Shown: positions 11,463 to 23,307 of the stretch, piece by piece
How positions within the stretch are numbered: position 1 is the first letter of the stretch
How the letters are laid out: each line of letters begins with the position of its first letter
Source of the DNA: Nemertoderma westbladi
Taxonomy: Eukaryota; Animalia; Xenacoelomorpha
Length of the DNA: 64,000 bases
Assembly (NCBI GenBank): GCA_032718475.1
Contig: JAUCBJ010004929.1
Span: 31,551-95,550 of the forward strand
Direction: 5' to 3'
Position numbers and translations under genes: made by a program
The notes under the pieces: generated by a model
What the model was told of the DNA's origin: nothing
The model's input: only the letters and a program-made list of their open reading frames with translations
Database searches by the model: none

Positions 11463-12677
11463 GTGCAGTTGAGAGTCCACGGGGTAAAAAATAGCTATAT
11501 AGTGAACGCCCTCCTGGACTCTGGCAGCACCGGAACGTTCATCGACAAAGAACTAGCCGAGGACATCTTTGCTGGACAACCCAAGTTCCGAACTAAGTTG
11601 AACCTTTCAGTAATTATGCAGGTTTGGAAATCTACAGTAGCTACAGACTACTATGTAGGCGCGTTGTCCACCCCCCAGGATGAACTAGGAGAACACAGTA
11701 TAAGGTCAGTAAAAATGGTGGCGATAAAGAACTTTGCTACCAGCCAAGTGGAACCTTATAACTGGGATGAAGACGATTTCACACAGCAGCATGAGATACC
11801 TAGATTCAACACCGACTACCCAGGGGTACAGATACTTATCGGCCAAAATGTGCATGAGGCGCTTGAGACATTAGAGAAACAGCCTGTTCGACCGCAACCA
11901 TTGCAAACCTATGTGGGAAGAACAAGAGTAGGTTGGTACTTCACTGGACCTTCCCGTAGGACACTCATGGAAAGGCTACCCAAAGATCAGGTCCATCAGG
12001 TGAGTAAATGGGAAGAAGACATCAGTGAAGGAGAGACGACCACACCTGAGGGAACACCATACTCCTCAGATAATTACGATATCGCCTCCAGAGGAGCAAC
12101 TTCTCAAGAACTGATTGAGACTCCGGACTGGTTAGGTGGACCCGACTTCCTAAGTAAAGAAGAAGATGAATGGCCTCCCCATCTTACCACAGCTGAGATT
12201 AGACAAGCCAAGGGAGCGGAGAAAGTTAAACCTAAAACCCGGGCAAGTAAATCAAGGTTATTTAAACCCACAATAGATCTGTCTGCACTACATATCTCCG
12301 GGGACGATGCTGTGGATCTAAACTCTCCCGCTACAAATGAATCTGTTGTGGAGACTAGAGAGAGAGACTGGAAATCTGGAACACCTGATGTCTCGCAAGG
12401 ACTCTTACCTCTCCTGCGGAGAGCAAATAGCCACAATAGCTCCTGGAATCGTCTTTGTAAGGCCGTCGTTTATTTAAAGCGATGCTTCCATCATCACTAT
12501 TTCAGGACAAAGAAGAAACCTGGAATTGTATTTGAAACACAACAACTCAATCGCCCATCTGGTCGTTTATGTTTACTGGGAAGAGACCAAGAACTGTCCG
12601 GAAACTATGGAAGGCAAGATACTCTTCCTATGACCACTTCCCTAATCCGACAAATATCTAGGGACTCCATAACGTAA
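11463..12677 (+). pseudogene. pol: BEL-1 protease fused to remnants of pol (RT, most of RNase H and the integrase core deleted)
   Basis: ALLDSGSTGTF; jumps to DIASRG..W..GPDFL at ~12078, then to the integrase C-terminal LNRPSGRLCLL after ~12500 (compare BEL-3 pol). Confidence 0.85.
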
Positions 12678-13199
12678 CAACATACGGAGTGGGTGTGTGA
12701 CTATATTATTTTATATTTTTTTTATTATTTTTATATCTATGTATGTATTATTATGTAATTTTATTATAATCGTTTTCTTTAATTTTATTTAGTAGAATGT
12801 TATTTTAGCGATTATTTAGTAGATTAGTGCAATATATATTCGCGTTTGTTACTTAATTACGTATATTATATATTTAGTCTGACAGCGAGAAATAATTATT
12901 TTCTCTTTTTCCTTACTGTCCGTATCATATTATAAATGCGTGACTACAGTAAGATGAAATGTCCGTACTTATTAAAAGTACAATAAAGCTCCACTATATT
13001 CAAGTATTATTGGTAGGCAGAGTATTAGGAATGCAAAGTTCAGATCCTCGTGTCTCGGCTAAACCAAGCTCTGGGTAGACCTTGGAAACGACTTGCCTCT
13101 TCTTACTGACATTGCTTTGTGCAATATTGCTCTCATACCGTATATTAAATAATACATATAGTAGCTTGATGTCCCTTTAACAGTAGCGTAAAACGCAAA

Positions 13200-13535
13200 A
13201 TAAATCTGTTAAACCCTTTGACCATCTGTAATTCTAGTCGATTAAGATATCGCGGCACCCACCGATATACTTGAAAGACAAAATTCTAGAATCAGTGGTT
13301 AACGTCCCCAGACAAGTTCTGGAATAAATCGGTGCCCATTTTAAATATTACATAGTTAATATTTATAAAAATCTATAAATCAAAATCTGTTAAAATTTAG
13401 ATCCTTTAAAATTCTAGTCGATTAAGATATCGTAGCACTTACCGATACTCTTAAAAGGACAAATTCCCTAGAATCAAGGATCCCAGTTCCCAGACAAGAT
13501 CTGGAATAAAATTGTGTCTATTTTAATATTAAATA
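13200..13535. repeat. ~180-bp tandem duplication in the BEL-1 post-pol region
   Basis: AAATCTGTTAAA, AATTCTAGTCGATTAAGATATCG and CCCAGACAAG.TCTGGAATAAA each occur twice. Confidence 0.8.
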
Positions 13536-14456
13536 ATAAAATTTACGGGAATAATTTAAATTCATATCCTCTAATGAATTGGATAAATTGTCATTTTATA
13601 CAATTTATAACATTCCCAAAATTCCATTAATCAATAGATCATGGGAGCGGAGATTCACCCTATTAAGTGTATTAGTGTGCGAGAATCTCCAATATATAGT
13701 CAATAGCCGATAAAATTCATAAAATCATATATAAAGAGGGATATTGACAATTAAAGAATTACTATTAAATAGCATCCCAGATCTGTATGCATGAGAATTA
13801 CCCTAATTCTACTGCTAGCTTTCCATAATGTCACCATAGCAACCACCACGCTAGAATTAGAAGGAGTTAAAAGAGCAATAGAGAGCTTGCCCCATTGGAT
13901 AGCATACGGAATAAATAGCACACTGCTAGTATCCAGGGATACATAATAATAACGTGACATTCTGGAAGGCACTTGACTAACGGACAAATGACCCAAATGT
14001 GTGACAGAATGTATACAATTTGTGACAGTTGTGTGGAATTTGTGCGTTTATAGGTGAATGTTACTACTAAAGTGTGTTTACAGTAGCGAGTCGCAGTTGT
14101 GAAAGTAGCCCTATCTCTGTAGTAAGAACCTGAAGTAAATCTACGCCCTTGGGACGGACAGTGGAGTGACTCGTGCCGGTTGAGGGGTAGGCAGCGAAGA
14201 CCGCTAGCCTAAATATAATTGATTATAATATTAATAAACTCATATAGCAGCTATGATCACGTTGATAGAAGATGATCTTGGTATCAGGGAGCGATATACC
14301 CTACCGTTGAGATACTACGAGAGGTTGGAAAAGGGCCACGCGGAACGAGCACTGCAGGACCACTTCCGGGAGATGCACGAACAGCAACTGGTCGGGACCT
14401 ACGGGACGCCGTTGCTGGACAACGCGATCTTCCAACACTTCCACTACGTGGTGCTA

Positions 14457-17400
14457 TGGTCAGGTCAGGTATTCTAGGTCATTGATCAAGAAAACTTGCC
14501 ACCTCCATGCAGCATAAAGGAGGTGCCACCTGTAGCTGCATAGACCCTCTTACTAGGGCAAATCTGGTCCTGTAACTAGGACCCCCTTCGGTCTGGGATA
14601 AGGACGCCCTTGGTCCTGGATTAAGGACCCATATACTTGGCTGCAGGGGTATATGGCCTGACCAGGCAGATGGTGATCTACCAATGGCTGGTCAGGAGTA
14701 GAGTGTTCTCATGTCCACTCTGAGAGCACTTCACTGCGACCTGCACCTGGCAGCAAGGGTACAGGGCATGACCCAGCAGATGAGCTGCAACAGCCAATGG
14801 TGGGTCATGTGCGCCAGAGTAGATATGGGTGATGGGCCTCATATCTGACTCCATTGCGACACCCACCCTGTGGAATGGCAAACCAGGGTGCGGTATTTGC
14901 CCCGAGAGCTGACTCGGCAAAAAAGCACCCCCCAACCCCCACTATGGATTACATTAGCAATGCGGAGGTCCGGCCACTAGAGGCCAGTGGAATTACCGGA
15001 CACAATCGGCCTCACAGGCGTCAGTTAACTCCTGACCGGCTGCCTGTCTCACCCCCTACTGGAGAGAGAGCAGCCAACAATTCTTTGAGTCCCTTTCCTG
15101 ATGACCTTTCTGGCCCAAACCCAGGGTCACCAGGGAGGCCAGATTGTGATGGGGAGAGGGATTCTGGAGTTGGAGGCTACTCTCATGTTCCACCCCGACC
15201 AACAAAGCCATTGGTGAATCTGAGGCAAGTTACTAGACTAGCCTCAGTAAACACCCTAACACTCGGGTCCCCAATGCGACAAGGTGAGCTGACTGCCTTG
15301 GCAGATAAGCTTTCTCTTAGCGCAGTGGGTGTTCAAGAGCACCGAATGCAGACTGGACAGACTGATGAGGTTCTGATTAAGGACATGGGGGGCGGTTGGC
15401 GACTCGCCCTCGTGTCAGCAGATGATAGTGGCAATGGTGGAATTGGTCTATTGATGAATCCAACTGCACATGCAGCATTGGACAAAATAGACCAAATCTC
15501 TAACCGCATCATCCGTTGCCACTTCTCATGTTCTGGAAGACTGGCTAAGAAGTTTCCTAAGGTGGTTCTGATTGTGTGCTACTCTCCAACTAGTGTTGCC
15601 CCTGTAGATGAGGTGGAAAATTTCTACCACAATCTACAAGCAGCTACTGATGGAGTGGATCAGCATGCATTCTTAACATTCCTGGGAGACTTTAATGCAA
15701 GTCTGCATCAATCACCTACATCGCCCTGGGTCTATAGCAATAGTGTTAACCGAAATTCTGTCCATCTTCAGGATTTTATCTCTGGAAATGGATTGTTTTC
15801 GGCTGGAACCCAGTTCAAGAAGCGAACTGGAAAGCTATGGACTCATAGTGGACCCAGTGGTCACAAGTCCCAGATAGACCATATTCTGTTTCGTAGGAAA
15901 TACAGGAGCTCTATACAAGACTGTAATGCATTTACACTTCGACCCTTCTCCAGTGATCACCGCCTTATTGTGGCCAAGGTAAGACTTAGTCTGCGTGCTA
16001 GCAGAACAACGAAATCTGCCTTGCCGCGGCATGACTGGTCCTCTCTGTTGCAACAGCCAAGTGTGAGATCCAGCTTCACACTACAGCTGAGCAACAGGTA
16101 TGAGGCTCTTGCCTCTGAGGCGGCAGATCACTGTGAGGGCTATACTGCCTTTACAGAAGCAGTTAAGTTAGCAGCTGCAGAAACAGTTCCTGTATACCCT
16201 CGAAACAGGAAAAGGGCCCCCTGGACTGACAACAAAATTCAGAAGTGCCGAAATGACCTTCATAAGGCGCAGAAAGAGTCCCGACTCAAACAGACTACAG
16301 CGGCCAAGAATGCAGTTAAGGCTGCATCTAGGTCCCTGAACAGGCAGTACTCTGTTAATCTACAGGAGCTAATAAACCAACAGGTTGATGCCATCAATGA
16401 TGCTGACGACAGCAGGCAATCATCCCAGGCATGGAAATCAATCAATCTGCTTACTGGGCGGAAAAGCCAACCAACCACCAAGGTTAAGGCTGAATCACCA
16501 GCCGATCGCCTCAATGGTTGGAAAGCCCACTTTGAAAAGCTCCTCAATAATGACAGGGTATTGCCTGATAACTTTATAGAAGTAAAAGTGTCTGAGTCTG
16601 TACTCCCAGATATTCCCATTGGCGATATCTCCTTTGCAGAAGTGAAGGCTGCTGCAAAGAGCATTAAGACCAATCGTGCCAGTGGAGTAGATGGTGTTCC
16701 CCCTGAGGTCTTTAAAATACCTGAATGTTTAAAGCTCATCTATCCCATCATAGTAGACATGTACCGAACAACAAGAGTCCCACAAGAAATGAAAACAAAT
16801 AAGTTGGTGCCAGTTCCCAAGAAGGGCAACCTAACACTCTATGGTTCTTTTCGGGGAATCTCATTGATCTCGATTGCTGCAAAGCTATACAATAGGATTC
16901 TATTAAATCGCATCAGGGATCCCATTGAGAGACTGCTCCGTGGAAATCAGAATGGGTTCCGTAAAGGTCGTGGGACCATGGAGCCCATTTTGGCACTTAG
17001 AAGGATAATTGAAGAATTATCAAAAAAGAAAGACAGGCATCTGGCTGTTATCTTTGTTGACTTCTTCAAGGCCTTTGATTCAGTCTCTCGCTCACGTATG
17101 TTCAGCATACTTTCATTATATGGGATTCCTGATGAAATTATTGCAGCAATCAGATCAATATACGATGGTTCGACAACATTTGTGTCTACTGTTGACGGTG
17201 ACACAGAACCATTTGAAGTGTTATGGGGCGTCCTCCAAGGAGACACACTTGCACCATTCTTGTTCATTATTGTGGTTGACTATGTTCTACGCATGTCCTT
17301 AGATCATCATAATGATGATGGGGTGATGATAACTCCACCTACTGGCTCCAGAAGTCGAGGAAATCCTGCCAAGTACCTAACTGATCTAGACTTTGCTGAT

Positions 17401-18222
17401 GACTTAGGAGTACTCTCAGAATCATTAGAGGGAGCCCAACGGCTCCTCAGCTCATTAGAACATGCTGCTTCTAGTGTTGGTCTTTTTATTAACTCCAGAA
17501 AGACCAAAATTCTGACTGTTAACTTTGAAAGTCCTCAGCAAGTCTCTGGTCGGATGAGCATAAGCTCAAAGGATGGTATGCTTGAGCATGTGGACGACTT
17601 CTGTTACCTGGGATCATGGATCCGGAAGTCAGGTGAGGACCTTCGAATACGTAAGGGAAAGGCATGGACAGCCTTGAATAGGCTTTCCAGGATTTGGAAA
17701 TCACCGAGAATTAATCGGAAACTTAAGGTCCGATTATTTAGAGCAGCAGTAGTTCCAGTACTCCTCTACGGGAGTCCATGCTGGGCTCTAACTGCTGAGG
17801 ACACCAAATCTCTGGATGGCACATTCACAAGAATGCTACGCCGGGTTCATTGTGTCAAGTACAATGCACACATCTCCAACCAGACACTATATAACATTGG
17901 AGGTGTCTCATTGGTTCCCCCAAGCTTGACACTAGAACAAAATCGCCTCCGCTTTGCAGGACATTGCTTTCGCCGTGAGGACCAGCCAGTGCATAATCTT
18001 GTACTTTGGCAGCCTCATGGAGTGAATAAGCATGGTGGACAGCCCATGACTTTCTTGAGACGCATCTTAAAGGACACTGGCCTTAAAGATGCGGATGATC
18101 TAGCAAATGTCATGGGTGATAGGGAGTTGTGGCGGTGCAATTTTGTTGACAAGCCGGCACAGCATTCTTAAAAATGCAGCTGCAATGCAGCATGCCGATC
18201 CTAGTAGTAGTAGTAGTAGTAG
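14457..18222 (+). mobile_element. RTE-clade LINE copy B, full-length
   Basis: Same 5' end TGGTCAGGTCAGGTATT as copy E; single ORF; (TAG)7 tail; no TSD visible. Confidence 0.95.
14854..18171 (+). CDS. RTE APE endonuclease + reverse transcriptase, intact (first ATG 14875, second 14944)
   Basis: ASVNTLTL, VQEHR, YSPT, GDFNA, QIDHIL, SDH (APE); RT motifs through FADD. Confidence 0.95.
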   Translation: MRHPPCGMANQGAVFAPRADSAKKHPPTPTMDYISNAEVRPLEASGITGHNRPHRRQLTPDRLPVSPPTGERAANNSLSPFPDDLSGPNPGSPGRPDCDGERDSGVGGYSHVPPRPTKPLVNLRQVTRLASVNTLTLGSPMRQGELTALADKLSLSAVGVQEHRMQTGQTDEVLIKDMGGGWRLALVSADDSGNGGIGLLMNPTAHAALDKIDQISNRIIRCHFSCSGRLAKKFPKVVLIVCYSPTSVAPVDEVENFYHNLQAATDGVDQHAFLTFLGDFNASLHQSPTSPWVYSNSVNRNSVHLQDFISGNGLFSAGTQFKKRTGKLWTHSGPSGHKSQIDHILFRRKYRSSIQDCNAFTLRPFSSDHRLIVAKVRLSLRASRTTKSALPRHDWSSLLQQPSVRSSFTLQLSNRYEALASEAADHCEGYTAFTEAVKLAAAETVPVYPRNRKRAPWTDNKIQKCRNDLHKAQKESRLKQTTAAKNAVKAASRSLNRQYSVNLQELINQQVDAINDADDSRQSSQAWKSINLLTGRKSQPTTKVKAESPADRLNGWKAHFEKLLNNDRVLPDNFIEVKVSESVLPDIPIGDISFAEVKAAAKSIKTNRASGVDGVPPEVFKIPECLKLIYPIIVDMYRTTRVPQEMKTNKLVPVPKKGNLTLYGSFRGISLISIAAKLYNRILLNRIRDPIERLLRGNQNGFRKGRGTMEPILALRRIIEELSKKKDRHLAVIFVDFFKAFDSVSRSRMFSILSLYGIPDEIIAAIRSIYDGSTTFVSTVDGDTEPFEVLWGVLQGDTLAPFLFIIVVDYVLRMSLDHHNDDGVMITPPTGSRSRGNPAKYLTDLDFADDLGVLSESLEGAQRLLSSLEHAASSVGLFINSRKTKILTVNFESPQQVSGRMSISSKDGMLEHVDDFCYLGSWIRKSGEDLRIRKGKAWTALNRLSRIWKSPRINRKLKVRLFRAAVVPVLLYGSPCWALTAEDTKSLDGTFTRMLRRVHCVKYNAHISNQTLYNIGGVSLVPPSLTLEQNRLRFAGHCFRREDQPVHNLVLWQPHGVNKHGGQPMTFLRRILKDTGLKDADDLANVMGDRELWRCNFVDKPAQHS

Positions 18223-19377
18223 CAAGCGTTTGTTGATAGCTTAATATGCGGCTACGCTAGTCAAACTACCACGGAGGACGATGGCCGTTATATAAAACTG
18301 CCAATGTCAAAGGAACAACTCACGCGTGAATTGGACTATAGAAAATTCACCGCTCGCTATACGCATCGTAATGGTACGTATATGGACTTCTTAACTACTG
18401 GTCATCCTATTGATTTACACAATACGGACGATGTAGACACCGAAAGGGAAATGGTTCTATTTAAATATCCTACCCAGCGGAGTCGGAACGATAAACCGAG
18501 AATCAAACACAAAAATTTTATTCGAAACCAACTCTAAAAAAAGGATGTTAAAGAACCGGATAAACGCAATGACTTCAACGTATATTTGGAATTCTTGAGA
18601 GAAACATTGTAAAACTGGAGAAAGATCACCCGCGTTTCCACTACAAGACGTGCGTCTTTGGTATTATCACGATAAATGCCCTAGACCCAACCAAAAAACG
18701 GAAAGACATAAACCACCGCGGAGACGTTGTGCTAAACCCAGTTTTACTCGCTATACTTACGGGAGTTTCGAGCGAAACTTGTTCGACGTATCACCTACGC
18801 TCGCTCGACTCAGACAATCCTTAAATAAACCGATGATCAGAGTTCCGGAATACTTGATCAGACCTCCTCATTCCCCAATGAGACCTCAGACTCTTGATCC
18901 TAATAGTATGACGGATCCTCCTGAGCTGTACTCACTTTTCAAAGATCTAGTGTTACCCTAACAATTAGGCGGTGGCACTCCGGTTGTGGGCTCCTTAGAT
19001 ATTCGCCCATTCCACCTTGCTGGATTGGGACGCGGACATTTAATATCGCCGTTCAACCCGTATAATCGTCCCAGTTTAACCCCGCTACAACCTGGCACCA
19101 AGGTGGAAGAGAGCGTTGTTCAAACGCGTTAGACGCTATTCTACAAAGGATCGGAAAAAGAACCTACGCTTGTTCAGATAAACGTAAATTGCAGCAGCAA
19201 GTCCAAGTGGTAAAAGAATTAGCTTTACCTCAGTACGATCGGGAGATCCAGAATCTCAAAGAAGATATCGAACTTGGACAACCCTACTCCCTGCGAGAGT
19301 TTTGGACGAGCGCATCCAGCGACAAGAGGAGGAAAATCAGCTCGAGGAAAAGCATATCGAAATGGACGAGATACCGA

Positions 19378-20429
19378 TGTATGTGTACTTTAGCAGACAT
19401 AACAAGCCACTTTATGCCGCAATGCGTCAAAATACTCTTAGCACAGTGTAGTTCCGATGACTCAAATGACGACATCTACCAGCTGATTTGCTGACGTGGA
19501 ATTTGCCATTGCCCCTATGGGTTCTTTGTTCGGCTCAGCCAATCAGGGCGATTTTCATTTTATGTGGGACAGTAGCCATGTAAAACGAGGATAGGCGAGT
19601 CAGTGTTAGTTTTCCACCTTTCCTGAGCCCAGAACATCGGCTTTGGAATGATTCTGAGTTTCAGACTTTAGCCAAACATTAGACGGCTTGATTATATGAA
19701 CATATAACTGTTATCAATCCACAAATTTACACATACCGGCCATACTGCATTATTTTACTGTCGGTTATTAATTGTCATATATGTTGATGGATATATTGTT
19801 ATATTTGGAGAACACCTATATACTTATAAAAAATCATAAAAACCCCAATCTTCTTGATTACTGAAGGTTAGAGGACAGGTTACCTGTAGCAATTGCGACT
19901 TACATTATAGTGGTTTTGGTGTGAATTAAATGCTATTTCATAATCTCTACATGTGCCAGTTGCTATTCTCCTTATATATGATCAAATTAAGTGAAGGTCG
20001 GCAGATCAGTGTGCAGCAGTGTGAGGTAGTATGCAGGAGTGTGACAGATAACAAAGCATTTCCTAAAGAATGCGCTTTATACGAAAATCATTAGCCATCC
20101 CGTTGTGTTTAGTGTAAGTCATAACTCTGTTTACATACTTAGAGCGCCACGTCCTAAAGGAATTGTTAATATTTCCCGAAAGTAAATAATATTTGTCAGA
20201 GATATTATAGTAACTCGTAATCGAATAATACAGTAAGTCTACACCGCAATAAGATCAAAGCATCCGAATCCAGTCTCCCTTAACAGTGGGTGAATGGTCG
20301 CGCATAGGCTGGTTTCGGCTAATGTTACTTTATATGTACTAAATAGTTTTATAGGCTAAAGTCGATTTATAAACTAGAAGACACCTAAAATTGGCAGGTT
20401 AAACTGCTAAAGGTCTAAAAGCGCGAACA
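19378..20429 (+). repeat. BEL-1 3' LTR (5' edge and polypurine tract lost)
   Basis: Matches the 5' LTR from its TGTATGTGTA repeat onward; ends GCGAACA followed by TSD AATAT. Confidence 0.9.
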
Positions 20430-20434
20430 AATAT

Positions 20435-20995
20435 AACTTCATAGTTTTGCGGATTGTAAATTACAAAGCTAGAAAAGATGTTAATTTTCAAATAATACAC
20501 CCTCTAGCGGCAGACAGGGGAACTTCAGACTACTCTATGACTCCGCAAAAGATATGGACTATGCCTTAGTAGATGCCTACCGAGTTTAAACCTATACGGA
20601 ATGAAAATAGCAAAGTTAGAGAAGATGTTATTTTTCAGATCATACGCCCTCTAGCGGCAGACTATGGAACTGCAGACGGCTGGATATAGGTAAGAGTAAT
20701 TAGTAATCAGAGGTGTCACGAGAGGGAGGCGGGGCGCTTGGATACAACTACTATTAATAAGCTGTTGCTTGGTTAAAGCTAATTGGGGGTCAAAGGTCAA
20801 CGATAAAGCTGCCTGGATATAGATAAGAGTAATTAGTTACAAGTAAGGGAGCTGTATGTGTATACCCTATGTCTAAGTATGGCTAAGAAATCAATGTATA
20901 AAGTAAAAGTAATACAATTAATTTATTTAAAATAAAATACAAATAATTAATTAAAATTAAATATAAATAAATAGGTATTAATAAATAAAAGAGTC
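20435..20995 (+). repeat. Dispersed repeat family, right part (continuation of 3740-4172)
   Basis: Continues the unit interrupted at 4172; two more CCCTCTAGCGGCAGAC motifs; inverted homolog at 63115-63625. Confidence 0.8.
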
Positions 20996-21134
20996 GCGGT
21001 GTCACTTATGACACCCTTTGCTCCTCTCGGTGACAGTGGGACCCAACTGATGACCCATTGTGTGTCAGGGCGCTAATCAGTCTGATTAATTAGGATAATC
21101 AATTAAACCCTAATTAGGAGTCGTAAAACACCTA

Positions 21135-22376
21135 CAGTCCCAATCCCAATAAACATTAACTTTGTCATTTTGGCGGCCAAAACGACCAAAATGGCCAAAT
21201 ATTAATTGCGGCATTCATGAAAGGAACTTCTGAGGCAAGTTGGGTTGTCAATCACAGCCAGTGAATAGAGGCTGAGTGTAAGTAAAGCCCAGGATGTTGG
21301 CAGATAGAAAAAGGCTTCGATTTCCGGACTTTCCCTCCCCATCCCCAACTCCCCCACCCCCCCCCCCCCCCCCGGACAGTTCCGTTCCGTTCGAGTAGGA
21401 CACTACTATGTTTTATATTTCGCACCTTTATTTTTCATTTTGTAAGGTAAACGGACCGCTTGTATCCAGACAAGTTGTACAGTATCCAATTTCCCTTTCT
21501 TAGCTCAGAAATTTATATTTTGCATCCCATTTTGGATCGCAATGTGACCCACGCTTTCTGGCAATGGGACCTAAAGCTCTTTGGAACCTAACGCTCTTTG
21601 GGACGTAACGCGACTTTACCTCTTTGTTTTGTACAGGTCACAATGAGCGTTATGTACCATTGCTATTTAAAGGAGCAGGTTAGTAAAGGAGCAAGTTACA
21701 GAGGTGTGACGGGGGATTCAAAACAATTAACGAAAGTTAACACATGTAACAAGATTATGCAGGTCTTTATAATTGGGTCTTTGTTTTGTAGTCAACCCGC
21801 AGTGTCCGCGAATTATACATTGTAAAAAAATATTAAAAAGATTGTTATTATAAAAAAAAATTTAAAATTAACATCCCAAAATTAATTTATGGACATCCAT
21901 TAATTAGTTATTTCATTACGATTCTGATTGGTTGGTAAATTAATTTCGGGACATCCATAAATTAATTTCGGGACGTCCATAAATTAATTTCGGGACGTCC
22001 ATAAATTAATTTCGGGAAGTCCATAAATTAATTTCGGGACGTTCAGATTATTATACATATTCCTCCTTTAACGAAGCCCCATTCAACTCCTTTTATAAGA
22101 CTGTGTACTCTATCAAAGCCTCAGTGGGCGGACTCCAGTACTGCAAGGCTCAGCGCCGGGTAAGTTAACAATCTGTCAATGATAAAAATGAAAGCGAGCC
22201 GACATTTAGTCAGATCCACCAAATGGATGGCCAAGGAGACAGACTGTCTGGATTGAGCTGATTCGAGTTAAATCGCTTCGCCAAAACGACCAAGTAGCCC
22301 ATAGGAATACACTACATTTTTTTGGTCATTTTTGCCGCCAAAACGACCAAGTTAATGTTTATTGGGATTGGGACTG
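21135..22376. mobile_element. Tc1/mariner-like MITE
   Basis: ~55-bp TIR CAGTCCCAATCCCAATAAACATTAACTT...; TA on the left, CA on the right. Confidence 0.78.
21938..22042. repeat. 22-bp minisatellite, about 5 copies
   Basis: (ATTAATTTCGGGACGTCCATAA)n with no spacers. Confidence 0.9.
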
Positions 22377-22650
22377 CATTAGGGTTTAATTGTACTAATT
22401 AATTGATGCCACCTATCAATTAGGGTCTAATTAGCCTAATTGGGAGGTGTCACCCAGACAGTCTGGCACCAATGACACAAAGTGGGTGATAATAGGGTGT
22501 CATATGATACCCAATGGGTGTCAGTTGGGTCCAACTGTCACCGAGAGGAGCAAACCCCTACTACTACGGCACTTTACTATTAGTTATAAATTTCAAGTGT
22601 ACGTACCTCTTAGCTTTAATATTCCTTCAATAAGCAATCAATGTACTGTA

Positions 22651-23289
22651 CAGTCCCTATCTCATTCTGAATATTATTTCTCAAACTGGGTATCATTTCT
22701 CAAACCTTTTACTAATGATAGTCAACGGAGAATTTCAGTAGGTAAGACTGGGGTAAGAGTTGAGAAATCAGAAAGATGCAGCCAGCTCAATCTAACTCAA
22801 ACTAGAGTCTGGCGCCATGGTTTGAGTTAGGTTGACTTCCAACTGTGCCATTCTGAGCATTACTTTTCATGTACGGGATGGATAATTACTCTGGTTGAGT
22901 GAGGCACCACATGGGGAAGGGGCCTCTGTATGTTGCTTGGGCTCTTGAGTTAATGGGTTGAATTACATAAGCTGGGCAGGCCGGCTTGCGTGTGTCTCAT
23001 AAAAGACATGTCAATCACGCAGTTCCTTTGTGGGCTTTACTAAATAAATGTATGCTGTTAACTAAACCACACTGGCTCGGTTTGTTTGTAGAGAAAGTTT
23101 TAATTCTGGGAATATTGTTATGGGAAATTGGTGCTCTGTTGTCGGTCTGTTTGATGTCAATTGGTGCCTTACACAACATATCAGTTTAAAAATCTAATGT
23201 TTAATTAAGAATTATTTGAGTTAGTAAGAGTGAGGTAAGAGAAAAGGTACCCAGTTTGAGAAACGGTATCTAGAATGAGATAGGGACTG
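22651..23289. mobile_element. Tc1/mariner-like MITE
   Basis: TIR CAGTCCCTATCTCATTCT..TTTCTCAAACTGGGTA inverted at 23249-23289; TA TSD on both sides. Confidence 0.88.
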
Positions 23290-23307
23290 TAGTACAATGT
23301 ACACTTA

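Larger units (their letters stand above)
14253..19377 (+). pseudogene. BEL-1 accessory ORF of unknown function (decayed; split by RTE copy B)
   Basis: Removing 14457-18222 joins ..HYVVL to QAFVDSL.. in frame with ORF 18304; N-terminus LIEDDxxxRERY is shared with BEL-3. Confidence 0.65.
4173..20429 (+). mobile_element. BEL/Pao LTR retrotransposon BEL-1 (internally deleted; contains a MITE and an RTE)
   Basis: TGT...ACA termini; TSD AATAT at 4168-4172 and 20430-20434; triple Zn-knuckle Gag, LLDSGS protease, DIASRG and RPxxRLCLL BEL motifs. Confidence 0.92.
21018..22553. repeat. Outer inverted-repeat (foldback/MITE-like) element
   Basis: TTGCTCCTCTCGGTGACAGT.GGACCCAACTGA at 21018 is inverted at ~22520-22553; CAATTAAACCCTAAT is also inverted. 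Confidence 0.65.

Noticed and set aside
14765-14812. Hammerhead ribozyme (CAGATGA-stem-CAAT)
   Set aside because: Lacks the CUGAUGA and GAAA core and a three-way junction
14253-19377. env glycoprotein call for the post-pol ORFs
   Set aside because: No signal peptide, fusion-protein cysteine pattern or C-terminal transmembrane segment visible
21340-21373. Poly-C tracts (also 63172-63199) as functional elements
   Set aside because: Simple homopolymer expansions inside repeats; only the tract at ~37692-37708 has a positional role, as the Gypsy polypurine tract
21938-22042. CRISPR-like array
   Set aside because: Contiguous 22-bp units with no spacers, no cas genes, eukaryotic context
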